From an uncultured Chitinophagales bacterium (GTDB lineage Bacteria; Bacteroidota; Bacteroidia; Chitinophagales; S012-47): DNA of 64,000 nucleotides. Both the position numbers and the translations under genes were made by a program. This document shows positions 39,029 to 49,976 of the stretch, piece after piece. Positions within the stretch are counted from its first letter, which is position 1; each line of letters starts with the position of its first letter. The stretch lies in assembly GCA_964422925.1 (NCBI GenBank), contig CAYRDC010000013.1, forward strand, positions 4,334-68,333. The letters are read 5' to 3'. Below the pieces are notes generated by a model that searched no databases, was not told where the DNA came from, and saw nothing but the letters and a program-made list of their open reading frames with translations.

Positions 39029-42000
39029 TTATCGTAACAACGTAACGTTGCCGATTTTCCTGATCGGGTAGCCTTTGCTGTCTTCCCCATGGATTATGAA
39101 GACATAAGTGCCGATAGGCTGGGGCTGACCGTTATAGGTACCATCCCATCCCTGGTTTATGTCAGTGGTTTCAAATACCAGCTCACCCCAGCGGTTAAAG
39201 ACCTGCATTCTGATCAGGAAGAAATTTTCCCTGTACCCGATCCGGAACACATCATTCTGTCCGTCTCCATTGGGCGAAAATGCCGTTGGCACAATCGCCA
39301 CCGGGATGCCGATTACATAAATGGTCATGCTGTCGCTGTTCTGGCAGCCATTGACATCGGTGACCAGCAGTATGTAGGTTATAGTGTCATTGGGTGTAGC
39401 TACAGGGTCGGCAATGTTCGGATCAGAAAGCCAGGTAGGCGGAGACCAGACATAGGAAACGCCTCCCGTGCCATGCAATTGAACGCTTTCTCCCTTGTAA
39501 ATAGTCATATCCGGGCCGGCACTAACCACCGGAGGTGTAAACAAGCTCACGGTGACCTGATCCGTATTGGTACAGCCGTTCGCGTCCACAATCGTGACGG
39601 TATAGGTGGTTTGAGAAGTGGGCGAAGCCACTGGATCCGGGCAATTGGTACAACTCAGGTCCGTAGCGGGAGTCCACTGGTAGGAGACTCCGTTGGAAGC
39701 ATTCAACTGTACCGATCCGCCTGGGCAAATGGTCGCGTCCGGCCCGGCCATGGGATCGGCCGGATTCAGCACGGTGACCGTTACTGTGGCGTTGGCCTGA
39801 CAGCCATTGGCATCCGTTCCGGTTACCATGTAGGTAGTGGTTACCGTTGGAGAAGCCACCGGGTTGGCTACGGTTGTGCTGGAAAGTCCTGTTGGTGGAG
39901 ACCACACATAACTAACGCCACCGCTGGCAGTAATGACCGTGCTTCCTCCCAGGCAAATCGTATCATCCGGGCTGGTGGTTATTACCGGCAGGGCATTAAC
40001 CGTAACACGCACGGAATCGAAATTGGGGCATCCGTTGGCATCCACCACCGTTACCGTGTAAGTGGTTGATGCAGCCGGGGAAGCTACCGGGTTACTGATA
40101 TTTGGATTACTCAAGCCTGTTGCCGGGCTCCATTTATAAGAAACCCCTCCGGAGGCGGACAATTGGGTACTGCCGTTTTCACAAATCGCCATATCCGGGC
40201 TAACCGTGACCGTGGGAAGCGGGTTAACCGTTACAGTGACCGTGTCCGTATTGGTACAGCCGTTGGCATCCGTCCCGGTAACTGTGTACACTGTGGTGGC
40301 AGCCGGGGAAGCCACCGGATCAGGAATGTTGGTAGCGCTTAAGCCTGTGGCCGGAGCCCATTGGTAAAATAATGCCCCGGAAGCATTCAACTGTACCGAT
40401 CCGCCCTGACAGAATGCCAAATCAATTCCGGCATCCACATTTGGCAATGGATTCACCACAACCGTTTGCGTGGCCGTATTCTGGCAACCATTGGCATCAG
40501 TTCCGGTAACAGTATAAATGGTTGTCCCAGAAGGAGTGGCTACCGGATTGGCTATATTCGGATTGGACAAACTGGCGACTGGCTGCCAGGAATAGCTTAC
40601 CCCTCCGGAAACCGAAAGAATCGTGCTGCCGTTCTGGCATATCGTATCATTCGCGCCCGTAGTGATCACCGGTAAACTGTTTACAGTGATTGTTACGGAA
40701 TCTGTACTGGAACAACCATTGGCATCCGTTACAAGTACCGTGTAAGTAGTGGTTACTGACGGGCTGGCTACCGGATTTGGAATGTTGGTGGCGCTAAGCC
40801 CCGTGGACGGGCTCCATTGATACGTTGTTCCTCCGGACGCGTTCAGTTGAATACTGCCACCTGCGCAGATCGATGAATTGGGCGTAATGGTAATCGGAAT
40901 TTGTGTATAAACCGTTACTGTAACCGAATCGGTATTTACACATCCGTTGGCATCCGTTACAGTGACTGTATAAGTTGTTGTTGTGGTTGGTGTGGCTGTG
41001 GGATTGGGGCAATTGGTACAACTCAAACCCGCGGCCGGAGCCCATTGATAGCTGCCGCCACCGCTTGCCAATAATGGAACACTGAATCCGATGCAGAGGC
41101 CTGTATTTGGCGTAATGGTGATGTTCGGCAGCAGGTTTACCGTTACTGTTGTAGTACTTGTATTGCTGCAACCGTTGGCATCGGTTCCGGTCACGGTATA
41201 AGTCGTAGTGCTGACCGGTGTCGCTGTTGGAGAAGGACAATTTACACAACTCAACCCTGACACAGGGCTCCACACATAACTTACACCACCACTTGCGTTC
41301 AGATAGGAAAATTCCCCAACGCAAATGGTGTCATCAGCGCTGGAGGTAATATTGGGCAACGGATTTATAGTAACCGTTACCGAGTCCGTATTTTGACAGC
41401 CATTGGCATCCGTCACCAGTACAAAATAGGTGATGGTAGTGTTTGGCGTGGCCACCGGGCTGTTACAGTTTGTGCAACTCAAACCGGTAGCAGGCGACCA
41501 TTGATAGCTTGTACCACCGCTGACATTCAGAGAAGCGGCATCGCCAATGCAAATGGCCGTATCCTGGGTAATGTTCACAACCGGCAATGGATTTACCGTA
41601 ACCGTTACCATATCCGTATTCTGACAGCCATTGGCATCGATGCCGGTCACTGTGAAGGTGGTTGTAACCAACGGGGAGGCCACAGGATTGGCAATGTTGG
41701 TAGCACTAAGACCGGTGGCAGGGGCCCATTGATAATTCACCGCACCCATTGCGTTCAGGTTAGTGGAGCCACCTGCACAAATCGACACGTCATTACCGGC
41801 TGACACCGTGGGCAATGAATTTACGGTAACCGTTGTTGTTGCCGTATTCTGGCAGCCATTGGCATCGGTTCCGGTCACAGTATAAGTAGTGGTAATGGCC
41901 GGGGAAGCCACAGGATTCTGGCAATTTGTACAACTCAAGCCTGTTCCCGGTGTCCACACATAGCTAACTCCTCCAGAAGCGGATAAGGTAGTACTGGAAC

Positions 42001-45000
42001 CCGAACAAATAGCTACATCAGGCCCGGTGGTAATATTCGGCAATGGATTGATGGTGACAGTAGTGGTAGCCGTATTCTGGCAACCGTTCACATCCGTCAC
42101 CGTTACTGTGTAAGTTGTAGTAGTAGTCGGAGAAGCGTTTGGATTCGGACAATTTGTACAGCTCAGTCCTGTAGCAGGAGCCCATTGATAGCTGACGCCA
42201 CCGCTTGCCGACAAGTTTGTACTGCCTCCTAGGCAAATAGCCGTTGACGGGCTGATTGTTACCGTGGGCAATGCATTCACCGTCACGACAACACTATCCG
42301 TATTTTGACAACCGTTTGCATCGGTTCCAACAACGGTATACTGTGTGGTAGCAACGGGATTAGCTACCGGTGAAGCGCAGTTGGTACAACTTAACCCCGT
42401 AGCAGGACTCCATTGATAACTGGTGCCTCCAATGGCATTCAGGGTCGTGATACTGCCAGCGCAAATACTCACATCCGGGCCGGCTGATATCGTGGGCAAT
42501 GGATTAACCGTAACGGTCACCGTGGCTGTTCCGGAACAATTATTCGCATCCGTAACCGTCACCGTATAGGTAGTGGTACTGCTTGGTGAAGCCACCGGGC
42601 TGGGGCAGAAAGCACAGCTTAAAGTAGCCGGTGGATTCCACATATAACTTACTCCTCCGGACACATTCAACTGTACACTGCCACCGATACAAACACTGGT
42701 ATCAGGCGTAATGGTTATGGCCGGAGAGGTGGCCACTGTCACCGTAACAGAATCCCTGGCGGTACAACCGTTGCCATCCGTTCCTGTCACATAGTATGTT
42801 GTGGTTACAGATGGAGTTGCTGTTGGGTTTGAACAGTTGGTACAGCTTAAGCTTGAGTTTGCATCCCAGGTATAACTCGAGGCTCCGGTGGCCTGGAGTT
42901 GGGTACTGTTTCCAACGCAAATCTGAACATTACTGCCGGCATCTACATTGGGTAAAGGATTAACAGTTACCTGTACAGAATCCACCATGCTGCAATTGGC
43001 TGAGTCTGTTATGGTAACTGTATACATGGTAGTAATAGTCGGAAATGCCTGGGGATTGGCGATGTTGGGATTTGATAATCCGGTTGCCGGCAACCAGCTA
43101 TAGCTAACCGTATTGGGAGAAACAGCATTCAGGTTTGTGGTATCTCCAAAACAGATGGAAACATTATTTCCTGCATTTACTGATAAGATGTTCCGGTAAA
43201 CCGTTACTGAATCTACACTGACACAACCGTGGTTGTTTGTTACGGTCAGTGTATATGTAGTGGTGGTAAGCGGGTTGGCAAATGGATTCAAAATGGTCGT
43301 ACTCGATAACCCTGTACTTGGAGACCAGCTAATGGACTGGACACCGGATGTATCAGTAGCTGTGGCATTTAATTGGGTAACCCCGGTATTGCACAAAATC
43401 ACATCAGGTCCTGCATCCACGGTTGGCGGGGCCGCCACGAAAACTGTAACAGAATCTATGGTAGAACATCCCTGCGCACTGGTCAATGTAATGGTATACG
43501 TTGTTGTAGCTGCCGGGGAAGCGGTCGGTGACTGGCAATTGGTGCAGCTTAAACCTGCAGCCGGAACCCAGGAATAATTGCCTGAACCTACCGGGTTAAG
43601 GGTAACGCCCACTCCAGGACAGATAATCTGGTTATTACCCGGATTTAACAATGGATTGGCATTAATAACAAGATTCTGGATTACCGTATCAATGCATCCA
43701 AGATCTGTCTGAACAATGAGTTTAACCGGATAAACCCCCGGGGAAGTATACGTATGGCTTGGATTGGCAAGCGTAGAGCTGTCTCCGTCTCCAAAATAAT
43801 ATTTCCGGCTGGTAATGACTCCGTAAGAATTGACCGTGGTATCAGTAAACTGAATGGTATTTCCCGCGCACAGCGTACCGGTATAACTGAAACCAGGAGC
43901 CAGGGTTGGATATACCACCACCTGTGCATAGGCTGTATCGGCACAGATGTAACCCGGGTTCACAATCAACATCACCGTGTAGGTGCCGGTATCCGGATAA
44001 GTATAAGTCGGCTCAAACAAATTGGAGGTATCTGCATTCGTTGTGGGATCGCCAAAATCCCAGTAGTAGTAGGTTCCGTTTACACTTGAATTCTGGAAGT
44101 TTACCGTGTAATCATCGCAACTGATTACCTGGTTATTCGGTCCGGATGTAACAATGTGGGCCTGTATGTTTTGCGAACAGGTCGTGGTGTTAAACTGGAA
44201 CTCCCTCCTGTAATGGCCGATTTTAACCCCGTTCCGGTATTCGTCAATACAAATGGACACCACAAAACGGCCTACCAGGTTAGGCGTTCCGGTCAGTAAA
44301 CCGGTATTGGAATTTATCGCCAATGGTGGGTTTGAAGCTAATGGATAGGTGGCTGAATATGGCGACTGGTAAGGTACCGGGTTGTAAGGGGGCGCTGCCG
44401 GAGGATTGGGGGCCGGGTTGCTCGGGCTGGCTCCGTCCATAGCAGCGCACAGGTAATATACCAAAGAATCCCCGTCCACGTCTACCGCAGAATGATTATA
44501 ATTGATTGGTTCATAATTACATATAACAACAGGTGGGAAGCTTAAAAAATTTGGGCTTGAATTCCCCGGATAAGCTCCTGGATCCGGAATCTGCGCATAA
44601 TAAGTGGCCCCAACGCTGGTGGGATTAATTATGTTCAAAATGGAAGCATTCCGGCAGCAGCGTTGATACACCAGCCAATATCCCCCAGGGCTGGAATTCA
44701 AAGTTACGGTACCTGAAAACAATCCTTCTTCAACACAAATATTACTGGGTGGCACCAGGCATGGATTGGGAGATGTTGCGGGTATGCTGGTAATGGAAAT
44801 TCGGTTAAGCGTAACAGTTGTTACCAGGTTGCCTGATGAATCAAAAATTCCAATCGGAGCCGTCTGGTCAAATGGTGCGTTCCCGGGATTACAATCACGG
44901 TATAATCTCAAAACCACTTCATACTGGCTGCCTCCAGTGAAACTTACGTTTATAAACCCACCAATGATGTGGGTGGCATATGATACAACCCACCAAAGGC

Positions 45001-45031
45001 TTAGCACGAAGAGTAACAAGGTTTTTTTCAT
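39029..45031 (-). CDS. 2000-aa T9SS type-B CTD surface protein: N-terminal Cys-rich domain, 2 PKD domains, 19 x ~76-aa Ig-like repeats
   Basis: Signal peptide; ATHIIGG...YRDC; WDFGD PKD motif; repeats IC.G....L.ASGG.SY.W.P..GLS...P.ASP..TTTYTV..TDANGC; CTD PTAFSPNGDG.ND...FNRWG...GWDG...GNVTLLR. Confidence 0.93.
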   Translation of the reverse strand: MKKTLLLFVLSLWWVVSYATHIIGGFINVSFTGGSQYEVVLRLYRDCNPGNAPFDQTAPIGIFDSSGNLVTTVTLNRISITSIPATSPNPCLVPPSNICVEEGLFSGTVTLNSSPGGYWLVYQRCCRNASILNIINPTSVGATYYAQIPDPGAYPGNSSPNFLSFPPVVICNYEPINYNHSAVDVDGDSLVYYLCAAMDGASPSNPAPNPPAAPPYNPVPYQSPYSATYPLASNPPLAINSNTGLLTGTPNLVGRFVVSICIDEYRNGVKIGHYRREFQFNTTTCSQNIQAHIVTSGPNNQVISCDDYTVNFQNSSVNGTYYYWDFGDPTTNADTSNLFEPTYTYPDTGTYTVMLIVNPGYICADTAYAQVVVYPTLAPGFSYTGTLCAGNTIQFTDTTVNSYGVITSRKYYFGDGDSSTLANPSHTYTSPGVYPVKLIVQTDLGCIDTVIQNLVINANPLLNPGNNQIICPGVGVTLNPVGSGNYSWVPAAGLSCTNCQSPTASPAATTTYTITLTSAQGCSTIDSVTVFVAAPPTVDAGPDVILCNTGVTQLNATATDTSGVQSISWSPSTGLSSTTILNPFANPLTTTTYTLTVTNNHGCVSVDSVTVYRNILSVNAGNNVSICFGDTTNLNAVSPNTVSYSWLPATGLSNPNIANPQAFPTITTMYTVTITDSANCSMVDSVQVTVNPLPNVDAGSNVQICVGNSTQLQATGASSYTWDANSSLSCTNCSNPTATPSVTTTYYVTGTDGNGCTARDSVTVTVATSPAITITPDTSVCIGGSVQLNVSGGVSYMWNPPATLSCAFCPSPVASPSSTTTYTVTVTDANNCSGTATVTVTVNPLPTISAGPDVSICAGSITTLNAIGGTSYQWSPATGLSCTNCASPVANPVATTQYTVVGTDANGCQNTDSVVVTVNALPTVTISPSTAICLGGSTNLSASGGVSYQWAPATGLSCTNCPNPNASPTTTTTYTVTVTDVNGCQNTATTTVTINPLPNITTGPDVAICSGSSTTLSASGGVSYVWTPGTGLSCTNCQNPVASPAITTTYTVTGTDANGCQNTATTTVTVNSLPTVSAGNDVSICAGGSTNLNAMGAVNYQWAPATGLSATNIANPVASPLVTTTFTVTGIDANGCQNTDMVTVTVNPLPVVNITQDTAICIGDAASLNVSGGTSYQWSPATGLSCTNCNSPVATPNTTITYFVLVTDANGCQNTDSVTVTINPLPNITSSADDTICVGEFSYLNASGGVSYVWSPVSGLSCVNCPSPTATPVSTTTYTVTGTDANGCSNTSTTTVTVNLLPNITITPNTGLCIGFSVPLLASGGGSYQWAPAAGLSCTNCPNPTATPTTTTTYTVTVTDANGCVNTDSVTVTVYTQIPITITPNSSICAGGSIQLNASGGTTYQWSPSTGLSATNIPNPVASPSVTTTYTVLVTDANGCSSTDSVTITVNSLPVITTGANDTICQNGSTILSVSGGVSYSWQPVASLSNPNIANPVATPSGTTIYTVTGTDANGCQNTATQTVVVNPLPNVDAGIDLAFCQGGSVQLNASGALFYQWAPATGLSATNIPDPVASPAATTVYTVTGTDANGCTNTDTVTVTVNPLPTVTVSPDMAICENGSTQLSASGGVSYKWSPATGLSNPNISNPVASPAASTTYTVTVVDANGCPNFDSVRVTVNALPVITTSPDDTICLGGSTVITASGGVSYVWSPPTGLSSTTVANPVASPTVTTTYMVTGTDANGCQANATVTVTVLNPADPMAGPDATICPGGSVQLNASNGVSYQWTPATDLSCTNCPDPVASPTSQTTYTVTIVDANGCTNTDQVTVSLFTPPVVSAGPDMTIYKGESVQLHGTGGVSYVWSPPTWLSDPNIADPVATPNDTITYILLVTDVNGCQNSDSMTIYVIGIPVAIVPTAFSPNGDGQNDVFRIGYRENFFLIRMQVFNRWGELVFETTDINQGWDGTYNGQPQPIGTYVFIIHGEDSKGYPIRKIGNVTLLR

Positions 45032-45114
45032 AATGTATAATGGTAATAACTCGGCTTTGCGAAGTTACAAAATCAACAGCAGATATGAAATCATTGGCTT
45101 TATTTTAACATTCC

Positions 45115-45143
45115 AAAGAAAAAGGCCGGAAAATCCGGCCTTT
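45115..45143 (-). terminator. Intrinsic terminator between the paralogous T9SS genes
   Basis: AAAGGCCGGA-AAA-TCCGGCCTTT with a U-tract on the minus strand. Confidence 0.75.
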
Positions 45144-45167
45144 CTCTTCCAATGAATATAGAAAAAC

Positions 45168-48100
45168 CTATCTTATCAAAGTGAGGTTTCCGCTTGATTG
45201 ATAAGGGAATCCTTTATCATCAACTGCCTTGATGTAATAAATATAGGTTCCTATAGGTTGCTTCTTTCCGTTAAAAGTACCATCCCAACCCTCGTTGATA
45301 TCTGACGTTTCAAATACCAGTTCACCCCATCTGTTAAAGATCATCAGGGAAACCAGGTTGAAATTGCGCTTCCATTTTATTTTGAATACATCATTCAGTC
45401 CGTCTCCGTTTGGCGAGAAAGCAGTGGGAATGCGTGCCTCCGGAAGGCCGATAATGAATATGGTAACTGAATCGGTATTCTGACATCCATGTTCATCCGT
45501 AACCAGGACAACGTAAGTAATAGTATCCTGCGGAGTGGATGTAGGATTCTGGATATTTGGATTATCCAGCCACATCGCAGGTGACCATTGGTAACTCACC
45601 CCGCCCATTGCATTTAGCTGCACGCTTTGACCTTTGTAAATAGTAACATCATACCCGGCACTGACCACAGGAATACTGTACAGGCTAACAGTAACCTGGT
45701 CACTGTTTGTACAGCCATTCGCATCCACGATGGTTACGGTATACGTTTGGTCTGAACCAGGTGAAGCCACCGGGTCAGGACAATTGGTACAGCTCAGGCC
45801 CGCAGCCGGACTCCATTGGTAGGTAACCCCGTTGTAAGCATGCAGCTGCACACTGGCACCCGGGCAAATGGAAGCATCCGGTTCCGCATTCGGATCGGCC
45901 GGCATATTAACTGTTACGGTTACGTTCCCGAGATTCTGGCACCCGTTGACATCGGTTACCAGTACGGAATATGTAGTGGTTACCAGCGGAGATGCCAGCG
46001 GATTGGGAATGTTCGCATTATTCAGGCCGGTGGGTGGGCTCCACATATAAGAAACCCCTCCGGAAGCCTGCAACTGGGCCGCATCCCCGATACAAATGGC
46101 TGTATCAGGAACCACTGTTACTACCGGCAGACTGTTAACGGTAACCGTTACGGAATCCGTATTCTGACATCCCTGGGCATCCGTAACCAGCACAGTATAA
46201 GTGGTTGTACTGGTTGGACTGGCTACCGGATTGGCAATATTCGGGTTATTCAGGCCCGTAGCCGGTGACCACTGATAGGTGGTTCCTCCACTGGCCGACA
46301 ATTGTACATTATCATTAATACAAATAGCAACATCCGGGGTTATGGTGATTACCGGTTCTGAATTCACAGTAACCACGATGGTATCTGTATTCTGACAACC
46401 ATTGGCATCGGTCCCGGTCACTGTATAAACGGTGGTAACTGACGGATTCGCCACCGGGTTGGCAATATTCGGATCGCTCAGGCCCGTAGCGGGGCTCCAA
46501 CTGTAACTTACTCCACCGGTTGCATTCAACTGTGTGCTGTACCCAATACAAATAGCTGTATTTTGTCCGGCATCAATATTCGGTAACGGATTTACAGTGA
46601 CTGTAACCTGTGCGGTATTACTACAACCGTTGGCATCTACTCCCGTAACTGTATAGGTAGTAGTTGCTGTTGGAGAAGCTACCGGATCTGGCAATGCCGG
46701 GTTTTGAATACCGTTGGGCGGTGTCCAGCTATAACTTACTCCTCCTGAAGCCAGCAATTGCGTACTGTTGCCGTAACAGATGGTATCGTTTGGCCCTGTA
46801 GTAATATTCGGCAACGGATCTACGGTAATGGTAACAGAATCACTATTCTGACATCCGTTGGCATCGGTCACGAGTACCGTATAAGTAGTAGTGGAGAGTG
46901 GACTGGCTATCGGATCCGGACAATTTGTACAACTCAGTGAACTTCCGGGGAACCAGTTATAAGAGACACCTCCTGACGCATTTAGCTGAATGTCGTTCCC
47001 GTAGCAAATATCGTCATCAGGGGTTATCGACACCTGTAGTATGGCATTCACGGTAACCGTTGTGGTAGCTGTATTGACACAACCGTTAGCATCTGTAACA
47101 GTAACTGTATAAGTGGTGGTTACCGGTGGGCTGGCTTTCGGATTGGCAATATTCGGATTACTCAAACCAACAGCAGGCGCCCATTGATACTGGCTGCCAC
47201 CGGAGGCAAAAAGCTGTAAGCTGTCGCCAGTACAAATGGCAGAATTTGGTGTAACGGTAATCGTTGGTAATGGATTTACATAAATAGTAGTCGTACCTGT
47301 ATTAATACATCCGTTGGCATCTGTGACGGTGACTGTGTAAGTAATTGTGTTTACCGGGGTGGCCCCTGTATTCGGACAGGTGGCACAAGTCAAAAAACTG
47401 TTGGGCGCCCATTGGTAGGTTACACCGCCTGAGGCAGACAGGTTGGTAGATGATCCGACACAAATAGTATCATCCGGAGAAACAGTTACAACCGGTAATG
47501 GATTCACGGTAATGGTAATGGAATCTTTGGCTGAACATCCATTCACATCCGTACCGGTTACATAAAAAGTAGTTGTAGCATTTGGGGTGGCGGTAGGACT
47601 TTGGCAATTGGTACAACTTAAGGCCGGATCCGGATCCCAGGAATAGGATTGGGCACCCGTGGCGTTCAAGCCAAAATTACTGCCAATACAAATGGCTACA
47701 TCCATTCCGGCATCTACAGGCGGAGCCGGATTTACATTGATATGTACCGTATCGAGGGCCGCACATCCGGCACTATCGGTAACCATTACAATGTAATCGG
47801 TTCCCACTGCAGGAAACGCCATTGGATTACTTATTCCTGGATTATCGAGCGAACTGGCTGGTGACCAGCTATACGTTACAATATTCGGAGATAAAGCGTT
47901 TAACTGGATACTATCCCCGCTGCATATACTTTGGTCTTGTCCTGCATTTACGGTAATAATATTCCGGTATACCGTAACGGAGTCAACGGACGTGCAACCA
48001 TTGTTGCTGGTAACTGTCAGGGTGTATGTAGTAGTTGATACCGGATTGGCAAATGGATTAAGAATAGTCGTACTACTCAGTCCCGCAGAAGGGTTCCAGC

Positions 48101-49799
48101 TAATGGACTGAATTCCCGCAGGGTCTGAAGCAGTGGCATTAATCTGGCCTGATTGTGAATTACAAAGTATTAAATCAGGCCCGGCATCCACAATAGGTAG
48201 ATTAAGAACAAATACTGTAACAGTGTCTGTATTTGTACATCCATTCAAAGAGGTCAGTGTTGCTGTGTAGGTTGTTGTAGTTAATGGTGTTGCAATAGGA
48301 TTTTTAAGAGTCGAATCATTCAGGGAACTTCCTGGCGACCAGCTCCACGAACCCGAACCCACCGGATTTAATGTAGTACTTTCTCCCCGGCAGATTGTTT
48401 GATCCCAACCTGCGTTTATTTGTGGGGTAAGGTTTATCGGTACTGGTATAATAACCGTATCAATACAACCCTTGTCTGTGGTGACAATCAGCCAGGTATT
48501 GAAGTTTCCAATTCCAAGGTAGGTGTGCACCGGATTTTGTACAGTATCAGAACCGCCATCCCCGAAATACCACTGCCAGTTAATAAAGGTACCAAAAGTT
48601 GTGGTCGAAGAGTCATAAAACTGAATGGGAGAATACTGGCAATTATCTCCCTGGTATGTAAAATTGGCATTAACGGAGGGATACAAAATAACCAGGGCAT
48701 AGGCTGTATCAGCACAGGTAAAGCCCGGATTCGCAATCAGGGTTACCAGATAGGTTCCTGTATCCGGATAGGTGTAAGAAGGAAATTCTGCCGTTGAAGT
48801 ATCATTTGTAGTGGTTGGATCTCCAAAATCCCAGAAATAGGATGTTGCCCCTGCGCTGTTATTACCAAAATTCACTGTATAGTCATGACAGGCATAAATG
48901 AGGTTAGGCCCTCCGTTGGCCTGTGGTATACCGGGTATAGCCGCTGTAACTGCCTGCAGGCAGTTGGCTACATTAAACTGAATCTCCCGGAAATACTCTC
49001 CGATCTTAACACCGTTTCTCCATTCATCGACCCCAATGTTCACGACAAACTGGCCCAGCAGATTGGGCGTTCCGGTCAATAACCCCGTGACAGGATCTAT
49101 TGCCAAAGGCGGATTGCTGGCCAAGGGATAACTTGGTGAATAGCCTGAAGCGTAGTTTACCCAGTTATAAGGCGGATTAGGCGGTCCGGTTTGTCCATAG
49201 GAAGGAACTAATTTGTATGACAGGGAATCACCGTTAAGGTCTGAAGCTGAATGATCAAAATTCAAAGGAGCATTCAGGCATACCGCCAAAGGGGGAAAAT
49301 TGTTAAAGACAGGACTTGAATTGCCCGGATATGTTCCCGGATCCGGGATTTTCATAAACAGGGTCATGCCCTGGCTTAAGGGATTAATCAGATTGATAAT
49401 GGTACCATTCCGGCAGCAACTTTGCCAAACCACCCAATATCCTCCGGCACTTGGGCCGAGGTTTACGGTTTTGGTAAACGTACCCTGTTGTACACAAATA
49501 TTACTGGGTGGCGTTAAGCATGGGTCATTGGTACTTATAGGGAGTTGTACCGGGCCTCCGTTGATAGGCACAAACTGCGATTGCACCAAACCTCCGCTGG
49601 CATTATAAATTTTAAAAGTAGCACTGGTCGGCATCGGTGCAGTACCCGGATTGCAATCCCGGAATAATATCATCGTTATCTCATACTGTGTCCCGCCCAG
49701 CCAACTATATCTGAAATTACCACCAATCAGGTGAGTGGCCAGGGATGAATAAGAAATAAGGGACACACAAACGGCTAGTAGGTATCTCTTCATATTCAT
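45168..49799 (-). CDS. 1543-aa T9SS type-B CTD surface protein, paralog of the neighbouring gene with 13 repeats
   Basis: Same architecture and CTD (PTAFSPNGDGLND...GNLTLIR). Confidence 0.93.
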   Translation of the reverse strand: MNMKRYLLAVCVSLISYSSLATHLIGGNFRYSWLGGTQYEITMILFRDCNPGTAPMPTSATFKIYNASGGLVQSQFVPINGGPVQLPISTNDPCLTPPSNICVQQGTFTKTVNLGPSAGGYWVVWQSCCRNGTIINLINPLSQGMTLFMKIPDPGTYPGNSSPVFNNFPPLAVCLNAPLNFDHSASDLNGDSLSYKLVPSYGQTGPPNPPYNWVNYASGYSPSYPLASNPPLAIDPVTGLLTGTPNLLGQFVVNIGVDEWRNGVKIGEYFREIQFNVANCLQAVTAAIPGIPQANGGPNLIYACHDYTVNFGNNSAGATSYFWDFGDPTTTNDTSTAEFPSYTYPDTGTYLVTLIANPGFTCADTAYALVILYPSVNANFTYQGDNCQYSPIQFYDSSTTTFGTFINWQWYFGDGGSDTVQNPVHTYLGIGNFNTWLIVTTDKGCIDTVIIPVPINLTPQINAGWDQTICRGESTTLNPVGSGSWSWSPGSSLNDSTLKNPIATPLTTTTYTATLTSLNGCTNTDTVTVFVLNLPIVDAGPDLILCNSQSGQINATASDPAGIQSISWNPSAGLSSTTILNPFANPVSTTTYTLTVTSNNGCTSVDSVTVYRNIITVNAGQDQSICSGDSIQLNALSPNIVTYSWSPASSLDNPGISNPMAFPAVGTDYIVMVTDSAGCAALDTVHINVNPAPPVDAGMDVAICIGSNFGLNATGAQSYSWDPDPALSCTNCQSPTATPNATTTFYVTGTDVNGCSAKDSITITVNPLPVVTVSPDDTICVGSSTNLSASGGVTYQWAPNSFLTCATCPNTGATPVNTITYTVTVTDANGCINTGTTTIYVNPLPTITVTPNSAICTGDSLQLFASGGSQYQWAPAVGLSNPNIANPKASPPVTTTYTVTVTDANGCVNTATTTVTVNAILQVSITPDDDICYGNDIQLNASGGVSYNWFPGSSLSCTNCPDPIASPLSTTTYTVLVTDANGCQNSDSVTITVDPLPNITTGPNDTICYGNSTQLLASGGVSYSWTPPNGIQNPALPDPVASPTATTTYTVTGVDANGCSNTAQVTVTVNPLPNIDAGQNTAICIGYSTQLNATGGVSYSWSPATGLSDPNIANPVANPSVTTVYTVTGTDANGCQNTDTIVVTVNSEPVITITPDVAICINDNVQLSASGGTTYQWSPATGLNNPNIANPVASPTSTTTYTVLVTDAQGCQNTDSVTVTVNSLPVVTVVPDTAICIGDAAQLQASGGVSYMWSPPTGLNNANIPNPLASPLVTTTYSVLVTDVNGCQNLGNVTVTVNMPADPNAEPDASICPGASVQLHAYNGVTYQWSPAAGLSCTNCPDPVASPGSDQTYTVTIVDANGCTNSDQVTVSLYSIPVVSAGYDVTIYKGQSVQLNAMGGVSYQWSPAMWLDNPNIQNPTSTPQDTITYVVLVTDEHGCQNTDSVTIFIIGLPEARIPTAFSPNGDGLNDVFKIKWKRNFNLVSLMIFNRWGELVFETSDINEGWDGTFNGKKQPIGTYIYYIKAVDDKGFPYQSSGNLTLIR

Positions 49800-49976
49800 T
49801 GGATGCGTAAAGATAGTATTTTTTCAACAAAAGTCCATGCTTTCATCATAGGATTTTACACAACAACAATTATGGTACGCAAACAGGTCTCTTAGCCAGT
49901 AGCTTAATTAACGGAGGGCGCATAAATCTTTTTAGTAACTTTGTTGGCTCATTTTTCAGACTAAATCACCGTATTT

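Noticed and set aside
39029-49799. DGR target/template pair or invertible (shufflon) locus in the paralogous genes
   Set aside because: No reverse transcriptase or recombinase is present, and divergence is spread over all bases rather than adenine-specific.
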